64,000 bases of DNA from the human T2T-CHM13v2.0 reference genome, Homo sapiens. How positions within the stretch are numbered: the stretch's first letter is position 1; every line of letters starts with the position of its first letter. Of this stretch, positions 54,881-64,000 are shown piece after piece. The DNA is taken from assembly GCF_009914755.1 (NCBI RefSeq), contig NC_060925.1, one strand, 5' to 3'. Made by a program: the position numbers and the translations under genes. Below the pieces are notes generated by a model. It saw nothing but the letters and a program-made list of their open reading frames with translations. It was not told the origin of the DNA and searched no databases.

Positions 54881-54899
54881 TGTGTGTGTGTGTGTGTGT
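54881..54899 (+). repeat. (TG)9 microsatellite
   Basis: Direct read. Confidence 0.9.
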
Positions 54900-55019
54900 C
54901 CTCTATTCGATGGTGAAAATTTTCAGTATGAGCCCCAAGTAAAATTTCAAGAGGGATATATCTATCTAGTTGCTTCTTTACAATCGTATTTTCAGCATAG
55001 TTAGGAATAAGGAACACTC

Positions 55020-55700
55020 TAAAAAATTTTTTTATGCAAGTTTTAGGTTCACAGCAAAATTGAAAGGAAGGTACAAAGATTTCCCATATACCCCATACAT
55101 GCATAGCCTCCCGCATTATCAGTATCCACCACCAGAGTGGTATAATTGTTACAATTGATAAGCCTTCATTGGGACATCATAATCACCCAAAGGCCATAGT
55201 TTACATTAGGGTTCAGCCTTAGTTTTGTACATTCTGTGGTTTGGACGAACACATGATATATCTCTACCATTGAACATGCTCTGTATGATATCATATCATG
55301 TTTATCAACTTTTTTTTTTTTTTTTTTGAGCAGTGGCAAGGTTTTTTGTGAAGAGCAAAAGAACAAAGCTTCCACAGCATGGAAGGGGTCCCGAGCGGGT
55401 TGCCCCAACTTTTTTTCATGGGTCGTACCTTTGGTGTTGTAGCTATTGTCCTACCTGTGGTCACCTAGATGTTCTCCTATGTTATTTTCTATAAATTTTA
55501 TAGTTTCGTGTTTTACAGTTAAATCTGTGATCCATTTCAAGTTACGTTTTGTGAAGGGTGTAAAGTCTCTGTCTAGATTCATTCTTTTTTTGCATATGGA
55601 TATCTAGTTGTTTTAGCACTATTTGTTAAAAACTCTATTTTTGCTCTATTCTACTACTTTTGCTGTTTGTCAAAGATCAGTTAACTACATTCATCTGAGA
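55020..55700 (-). mobile_element. Old L1 (L1MC-like) relic
   Basis: agttttaggttcacagcaaaattga...catcataatcacccaaag...; ORF2-end-like text after 55417. Confidence 0.7.
55317..55405 (-). mobile_element. Polyadenylated LTR12 (ERV9) R-region fragment with target-site duplication
   Basis: Minus strand reads ggcaacccgctcgggaccccttccatgctgtggaagctttgttcttttgctcttcacaaaaaaccttgccactgctc(A)n; flanked by caacttttttt at 55306-16 and 55406-16. Confidence 0.8.
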
Positions 55701-56656
55701 GGAACACTCTTTTTAAATTCCTAATTGTAACTTCATTAAGTCTTTAGGAACAGAAAAACAAAAGGCTAACAGAGTTTAACTTCTACTCCTGGGAGGGAAA
55801 ATTTTATATTAGTACTAGGAAATAACTAATGCCTGTTTGGAGGCAAAAATTCTGACAAACCATCTATAACCTGCCAATTTTAATATTTTTATAATGTTTA
55901 TTATTTTTGCTTTTTCTACAATTAACTGTGGATAATACAAAAATATTCAATTAATAATAATTGCTACACCCATGTTAGCATTGTACAAAGAACCACAAGA
56001 GGCTGTGAGTATTAAACACCTATCTGTGGAAAGGTCTTTTCGCAAAAAGACAGAATAGGTAAATTTCTGTTCTTATATCAGAGGGGAAAAAAGGTACATT
56101 TCAGTGCTGAAAGTCCCTGAAAAATTTCTTCCATATATCCAATGTAAACCTCTTTCAGTCAATTCACTCTCTAAAGCTGATTTTCTCTCTTTGGTTTATC
56201 TTTTTGGTAGATCCAGAACTGATTAGAATTTTCATTATCTTAACTCTTAAGACTTAAAATTTAACTTAGAACTTTTAAATTAAATCTGATTTTTCATTTC
56301 TGTAGTTGTGTTTGTTGCTTTGCCTTAGACTCTACAATTTTAAACATTGAATATTAAATGTGAAAACCTAGATTGCCTGTCTTTTGCTTTATTTTGCACC
56401 TTCTAACTTATTAATGTATCCCTGTATTTATTAACATGCATTCAGCACTAGGTACAAAAGGAAAAAAGACATGATATTTCCCCTTTAGAAGCTTCGAATC
56501 CAGTGCGGGAGGTATACGGTAATCATACAGGTGTAATAGACTACGGTAAGAGTAAACCCAGGATGCTCTCTGTGTACATCAGACTGGCATGTCACCCAGG
56601 TTTGGAGGTACAGGGCACAATTCTTTTGAGAAATAATATCTATCGTCAAATCCTAA

Positions 56657-56980
<324 letters not shown>

Positions 56981-57656
56981 AGAAAGCTGTTTTTTAAACA
57001 TTAACCATCACACCACTAATGGATTTTGCTTTTGCCCTCCCTCAGTGACAGTTCACATTTTTCCTAGGATCAGGGCAACAGGTTTCCACCCATTTCCCAG
57101 AGGAAGACAGCTTTTGCCTCTCACCTTCTCCTGGAGGCAGTGGGCCTTTTTCCTGAGAAGGTTTCTTGCCCCTCCCCCGGGAGCTTGAGGCGTTTGCTTC
57201 ATATGAAAAAATAGTCTAGTCAGTGGGCAGTGGATGTCCTCATGCCCCACCTCGGAGGGGGAAGCTGCTCGTGGGTTTTTTTGCCCCGCCTTCAATCTTT
57301 CCTGTGCGCATCCGGGGGGAGGAAGGCTGTGGAAAAGTGTTCAATAATGAGTGCAGGTTTCTCTTGTCCTCTTGTGTTTGGGGCTCCCATGGATTCCAGG
57401 CTGGCACACTAGCCCACACTTTAAGAACCCATTAAAAGGTTGGCTGCTTTCCTTTTATCTACTTTTACAGTGGCCATTTCCCCTTTCCTTGCTATGCCAA
57501 AGATAAAACGGTTCAATTGTTCTGCCTTCAGAGAGTCATGTCACCTTTTGGAATTTACATCAGCTAGTTACCTTGCAACCTCAGCTCTCTGATTGGCTCA
57601 AGAAAAAATATGATTTTGAAGATTATCTGGCTTTTGCCCATTGTTAGAGTGGGAGT

Positions 57657-57659
<3 letters not shown>

Positions 57660-57688
<29 letters not shown>

Positions 57689-57710
57689 CTATGCACACGT
57701 GCGCGTGCAC
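57660..57710 (+). repeat. (TG)14 microsatellite followed by tatgcacacgtgcgcgtgcac alternating tract
   Basis: Direct read. Confidence 0.93.
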
Positions 57711-58282
57711 CTGCCTACCTCCTAGTAGGAGGTAGACCCCTCAGAAGTTAGACCTGGAGGAGTCTTTCTCTTGAACCATGTAAAAATGTTTAGGATTTCT
57801 TCTGAGCACTCTGAGAGGGGCCTTTGAAGGGTTTTAAACAAGGGAAAGACATTTCTGTGATGTTAGCGTTTTCAGTACCATGAGGCTTTTCTCATACTTG
57901 GTGAGCCAGAGTGGCTCCTGATAACTTTCTGCTGATCATGGCCTATCTTTAACTTTGCAGTTTGTTTCTGATCTCTGAGTTTATTGACATTTTCACCAGT
58001 GATTTTGCTCGCATTATCCAACTACTTCCATTCCTATGACATTCCTCTGGTTTGTATCTTTCCATATCTGTTTTAAGATATGTTAACTAACCAAGTGAGT
58101 GACTTCAATGAAGATGCTGCCAATTCCTTCATTCCTACTGTCTTAGAACCTGTGCAAGGATTAAATATGAATGTTTATTTTGGCTGTAGTCCCTGGGCAG
58201 TGAGAGTGAGGGAATGGAAGGTGAGGCGTGAAAGAATGGAAAACAATGTGTGATAATGTGTTACAATACTGGTGACTGCTTC

Positions 58283-58459
58283 TTCTTTTATTTTTATTTT
58301 ATTTTTTATTTTTTGAGACAGGGTCTCACTCTGTCACCCAGGCTGGGGTGCAGTTGTGCAGTCATGGCTCACTGCAGCCTCAACCTCCTGGATTTAAGTG
58401 ATCCTCCCACCTCAGCCTCCCAGGTAGTTGGGACCTCAGGTGCATGCCACTGCACCCAG
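58283..58459 (-). mobile_element. Alu right monomer (FRAM/AluJ arm), antisense
   Basis: T-rich tail plus a single right arm. Confidence 0.85.
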
Positions 58460-58477
58460 TTTACCATTTTAAATTTA

Positions 58478-58818
<341 letters not shown>

Positions 58819-58829
58819 CATTGGAGCTA

Positions 58830-58990
58830 TTCTGTAGAGATAGTAGTATTGCCTTCTGTTTCTAGAGGGGGAAATTGAGGCTCTGAGAAGTTATATAACT
58901 TACCCAACATCACATAGCTAATATGTGGCATTGTTAGTCTAGGAATGCAGGGCTATCTGATGTCAGAGCCCATGCTTTTAACTACCTGAG
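58830..58990 (-). mobile_element. MIR SINE
   Basis: gaaattgaggctctgagaagttatataacttacccaacatcacatagct. Confidence 0.7.
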
Positions 58991-59159
58991 TTTCCCCAGC
59001 AAGCCAGCCTCTCAGCGGGGCTTGGACTACAAGTGACAGTGTTTGTTACATCTAAGTCAAATTCTCTCTCTACTAGGGGCCTTTCAGGCTAATGTGTCTT
59101 AGAAAGCTTCCCAGGTTGTAGCAAGACTAAATGAGCTTTTAAAAAGACTTTTTAATTGC

Positions 59160-59410
59160 TAATGGAGCATATGGTGCATAATGGTTAATGATATGCAGTT
59201 TCCGGAGCTTTCTGCCTGGGTTCTAGTGCCAGTCCCACCACTGAACCTGCTGTTGACCTTGTGCAAGTTACTTCACCCCTGGGTGAGTCAGTGTCTTCAT
59301 TATAGGAGAGAAAAACGGAAAAGGTCCCACCTCATAGGGTTATGAGGCTTAAATGAGCTTAGCATTTGCCTGGCGTGTACAAAACGACGTATGTTTTTGT
59401 TAAATAAAAT
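59160..59410 (+). mobile_element. MIR SINE
   Basis: cctgggttctagtgccag...accttgtgcaagttactt...acctcatagggtt. Confidence 0.7.
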
Positions 59411-62400
59411 AAGTTCTTCGGTTTTATTCTGCAATTCACACTTAATAGTATATCATTATTAAATTAAAAAAAAAGGAAAAGAAAAACATTAACTAGCAGG
59501 TCTTCCTTTAAAACTAAATAAGCTCTGCTGCTAGACAGGACCCTGCTTTTGTCTCAGGAAACACTGAATTTCAGGCTGCCTTTGAGAGGTTTTGTTCCAA
59601 GGCAGACCCTTTTCACCTGACTTGGGAAGGGCAGTTCACTTTGCCTGTCGGAGAGCCTATGGGTCAGTTCCAGGAAGAATTCCAGGAATTCTGGGAAATG
59701 GCTGGAAGGCATTGACATGGGGTTGGAGCTGTGTGTAAGGCCCTGTAGGCAGCAGTGTTCCAATTGTGCACTTTTGATGTTGCACAAAGGATTGAAATCT
59801 AGACTCAGTCAAACATAATGAATTAACTGCTTTGTGGGATACCATGGCTTTTTGACATTTCTTTGGTAATTTTGAACAAAATAACTTCTGAGGTGATTAC
59901 ATAAGGAAAGCAATGCCTTTCGTGCTTTTGAAGAGTGTTTTCCTTTGTTGAGCTGAATGTGTATATTTAAGGGGGAAGAGCAGTTTCGTGCATTGTTTTG
60001 GCCGTGTGTAGCATGCAGGCTGCTGGTGATGGGAATTGAGCAGATTAAAGTCAATGTTTGGTTTTGTGATAATATCTTGATGATCTATTCCTGGTGATAT
60101 TTTCTGGGCTTTTGTTTTCTAGAAATTAATTGGTTTAAAAATGGCCATTATCCATAAAAGAATTTATTTTGTATATGAACATGGGCCAAACCATTTTCTC
60201 CTTCTTATCTATGGAAAATAGTCAGCTTTAAGGAGCCGGTATTTTAAAGGCATTTTGTATGAATATAGAAAAACAGCATTAAAGAGGCTTTTGAGTCACT
60301 CTTTTCCAACAAATGTAAATTTTAATATTTATATGTTAGGCAAATGTGTCATTAAAAGAAAGTAGGCATCCATCTAGCTGATGTATTGCTGACTCTGGCT
60401 GCTAAGTGAAGCTCACACAGTCCTCTGCAAATGTGGGTACAGGGGATGGATGGGTATTAAGATGCCAAACGTGCTGTTCATGCTGAATTGTTTTCTAACC
60501 AGCCCATGGTACTTCTCTGCTATTTTTTTATCTTTTTCTTTGTCTGATACTCCCCTCAATTTTACATTACTTTCCTGCTCTCTTTTCACGGTCCTGTTGC
60601 TTTGGTTCTTCATTTCTAGAATACTCTCTTCATTTCTAGAAGGAAATCTGTGGTCAGAATTTATGCTCTTCTACAGTAAAATGGTAAATGGTGTGCCTAG
60701 GAGTAGCATTTTCTTCAAATTCATATGGCTAGATTTTATTACCTAAAATCTGAGATGTACTAATTAGGGAACAAAGAATTTTAATCAAAAATCTAGTTGT
60801 CAGAAAACTCTAGGTTTGTTAAAATATATATATGTAAATATAGGTACAGATATATCATACAGACTTTGGAGTATCTTAACATTGAGATTGTTTTATACAA
60901 GTCAGATCAGCACATAGGAGGAGTCACAACTGTCATTGATCATAATTTATGACCCTTTCTAGACTTTCTGAATGTTGTTATAGAAAGAAATGTCTTATAT
61001 TGAGCTTGATTCTTTAACATCATAGAAATTCATTCAGAAAAGTTTGATGAATAACAGAAGAAATCTTTATTCACTGGCCCAAAGCTTAGTTTATATTCTG
61101 TGCTGTTATAACATCTATATGTGTGTCTATATTAGTACTATCAGCTCTCTGTGGCAAAAAGAGGCTCTTTAAAGATGGAAACTATTATAATAAAACTTCG
61201 TATTTTTACAAAATACCTCAAATTGGTAGCATTCAAAATGAATTCATGTTGGTTAATAATGAGGTGTACATTTTGCTGTGTAAGTGAATAGATCATCATA
61301 TTACCCCAAGAGGTGATTTTTACATCTATATCAACAGTGTTTCTTGAGATTGAGGAATTGTGAAAAGGATTTTAGTAGAAGGGTGGCAATTTGCAGCAGA
61401 TGTGTATCTGCACCTCTGGTATCACTGGTTGTAATTGAACAATAAAAATGTTGCAACCGTCTGGGTAGCAAGATGGCTAAGGTCGGCTCTTGCCTGTGAT
61501 AGTAAGAATGGAGGAGATTTGTTTGACGTCATAGACTCTGGATTATAAGAAGGAGACATGTCAAGCAGTAACTACGTGGCATGTGGCTGTGATGCGTCTA
61601 CAGCCAACCTCCTGGTGTGGCCTTCCCAAAGACAAGGAAGCGTCCCATTCAAGTGTGTCTCAGTGCTTGCATGACACAGTGCCTCTGGATTTTACGTCAG
61701 TTCTGCCTTCAGTGTAAAGCCCTGATTTTCATAGATAACCTAATCTGTAGGGAAAAAGAACATTAAAAAAAAAAAAGTATAGCCACAAAAGTTCTTTCCA
61801 CTCATGTGTGGATCTTTCCAGTTTTTTCAGACAGAAACCAAATGACAGCCTCACAGTCACAGAATCTTCCAACACTGAAAGTTAAAGCTGATTTCTTCTT
61901 CATGGAGAAAAGCTTACAAACCTTTTCAGACTACTTCTTTAGTGTCAATTCTTGGAACCACATCTTCTTCCTGATTTAAATGTTTGGCTGTGTACCTCCA
62001 GCTAGAGCTATTAGAGTTTTTGCTGATTTGCTTGGCATATCTCCAGCAAAATAGTCCATTAAAATTCAAATCCTTTCCCAATAATTGAGACAATCAATTT
62101 ACATTAAACAAGGCACAAATATAATTTTATGTACAATTTAAATTCTATAGAAAATAATCAGTATGCAATAAAGAGGGACACTTATTTTGATGCAAAGAGA
62201 TGTTTTTCTAGTCTGCATTAAACAAATCTTTCATATTTTCAAAATAGTTCCCTCATTATCTTTGTGTAGAGGAGCTCTATTGTGTTTTATTTTGATGTAG
62301 GAACAAGTGTGTGTCCATGGCTGCATGTTTGATAAGCAGTGTAACTTTCTCTCAGTGACATGTAAAGGGAAAGGTTTGAGATAGAATAAGGAAAGTATTT

Positions 62401-63504
62401 GCTTGCTATTTAACTTGGAACAATTCATACAAAAAGGGCGAAGAAGATGCATGGGGAATTTATTGCCTTTGTACCAGTGTTAGTGAAATGGGCATTGTTT
62501 GTTCATCTTCACCTGTTTATGATACACCAGGTGGTTGTTGCTCTGCCAGAGGTTGTGTGTTAGGTCCTAGGCAAATCACTCAATGGGACTTGGGAAGGTT
62601 GCATAGGATGGGGGCCATGTGCACACACATAATTGTGTGCCTTAGTGCAGAAGAGTTCCTGGGAAAGTTTTAAAGCCCCAGCAGGTAACCTCGCAAGGCA
62701 GCTAGACCCCACCAGTGTGCCTGAATCCTCCACAGTTCTCATTTGTAAGCTCTTAATGAGACTGGTATTGTCGGTCAGGAAATCTAGAACACTGGAGAAA
62801 TATTATTAGGAAGAATATAGTAAAAATAATGACAAGATCGAAAACAAATCCTGTCAGAGCCCAAGAATAAATTTGGCTTCCGCTTGCTGTGTCTGTCTGT
62901 TTCCATAATGGTCCAGAATAGAAACCGGATGTTTAAAATCTCTCTCCTTTTCACATGCTCTCCTCCCCTCCTGTCTTCCTTCCTCTTCAGTATTAGTAGA
63001 CTTACTATTTTTATTATTTTTTATTTATATTCCTAGTTTTCAATATTTGCCATTTGTGTGGATAACACATTAATTTTTAATGAAATATTTTCAGACTCTT
63101 GGAACTCTTGGAATAGCTGAATCATAAAAGAAAACTTGAAATTGATATAGACTCCAAGGCAGCACACAAACTGAAAATTACGCTTGTTTTTATTCTTCCC
63201 ACTGACAAATGACAAATGGTTATTTGAAAGGATCATGTGTACTTAGATTTAAACTTCTTATGTTTCTATATGAGCCTAGTTTGTATAATTTTTGTGGCAC
63301 AGAAGGTAATTCAGACACCATTTTAATTAATAATTAAAATGAAAGAAGCAGCAAAACAATATGTGAGGTAGTGAGCTCCAGTAATTTTCTTTTTATCTAG
63401 AAATACTTATTTTTGACAAGCCACATTGCTAGTAAAGGAATTCAAGTGTGATTTAGATTACGTCATAGGCTTAACTTTATTTTAGTTCTGTTGCGGCACT
63501 AAAG

Positions 63505-63833
63505 TTTTTTTGTTTGTTTGTTTGTTTTGTTTTTTTTTTTGGGATGGAGTCTCGCTCTGTTGCCCAGGCTGGAGTGCGGTGGTGTGATCTTGGCTCACTG
63601 CAACCTTCACCTCCCGGGTTCAAGTGAGTCTTCTACCTCAGCCCCCTGAGTAGCTGGGACTACAGGCACATGCTGCCATGCCCAGCTGATTTTTTCTATT
63701 TTAGCAGAGATGGGGTTTCACCATGTTGCCCAGGCTGGTCTCAGGCTGGTCTCAAACTCCTGAGCTCAGGCAGTCCGCCTGCCTCAGCCTCCCAAAATGC
63801 TAGGATTACAGGCGTGAGCCACTGCGCCTGGCC
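63505..63833 (-). mobile_element. Alu (AluS-like), antisense, with an 11-bp internal duplication (caggctggtct x2)
   Basis: Full reverse-complement Alu with a (TTTG)n tail. Confidence 0.92.
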
Positions 63834-64000
63834 AGATCTAAAGATCTGAAAGAAAGTGGCATTTGTTTCTTTGGGTAATTTATTTCCACCAATCAATAAT
63901 TGTTGTTAGTGAAATTAAAGTTAATACTGAATATTATTTAATTTTATACTGCATGGTATTCTCAGAAATGCAACTTTGTAATCCACTTTGGAACTGTAAA

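Overview
Primate, almost certainly human, genomic DNA lying entirely within the 3' half of SDCCAG8 (CCCAP/NPHP10/BBS16, a centrosomal/ciliary coiled-coil protein, 1q43), transcribed on the + strand. Three coding exons are present: 34843-34970 (128 nt), 37109-37217 (109 nt) and 45568-45699 (132 nt), probably exons 14-16. They splice in frame to ...RQEKDSIQQSFSKEAKAQALQAQQREQELTQKIQQMEAQHDKT/ENEQYLLLTSQNTFLTKLKEECCTLAKKLEQISQKTR/SEIAQLSQEKRYTYDKLGKLQRRNEELEEQCVQHGRVHETMKQR. The rest is intron with about 20 Alus, L1/L2/MIR relics, DNA-transposon relics (MER58, MER33, MER1A, MER63, MER30, MER94, MADE1, Tigger2), an MLT2 LTR and microsatellites. Apart from the ORF overlapping the first exon, the ORF track looks non-coding. 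I cannot support a new multi-gene system here. The most unusual structures are: a 450-bp palindrome made of two opposed MER30s between identical CTCTAGAG sites; a polyadenylated, TSD-flanked LTR12/ERV9 retro-fragment; two AG|GT(A/G)AGT recursive-splice-site candidates in the long intron; an exon block whose phases would give a stop-less ORF if back-spliced; an Alu-derived 41-bp minisatellite; a templated copy of an Alu junction 1.4 kb away; and several dense motif clusters (4x AGGTCA, 3x STAT GAS, CRE, CpG-retaining HRE patch). Repeat subfamily names and exon numbers come from visual recognition and memory, not from a search.
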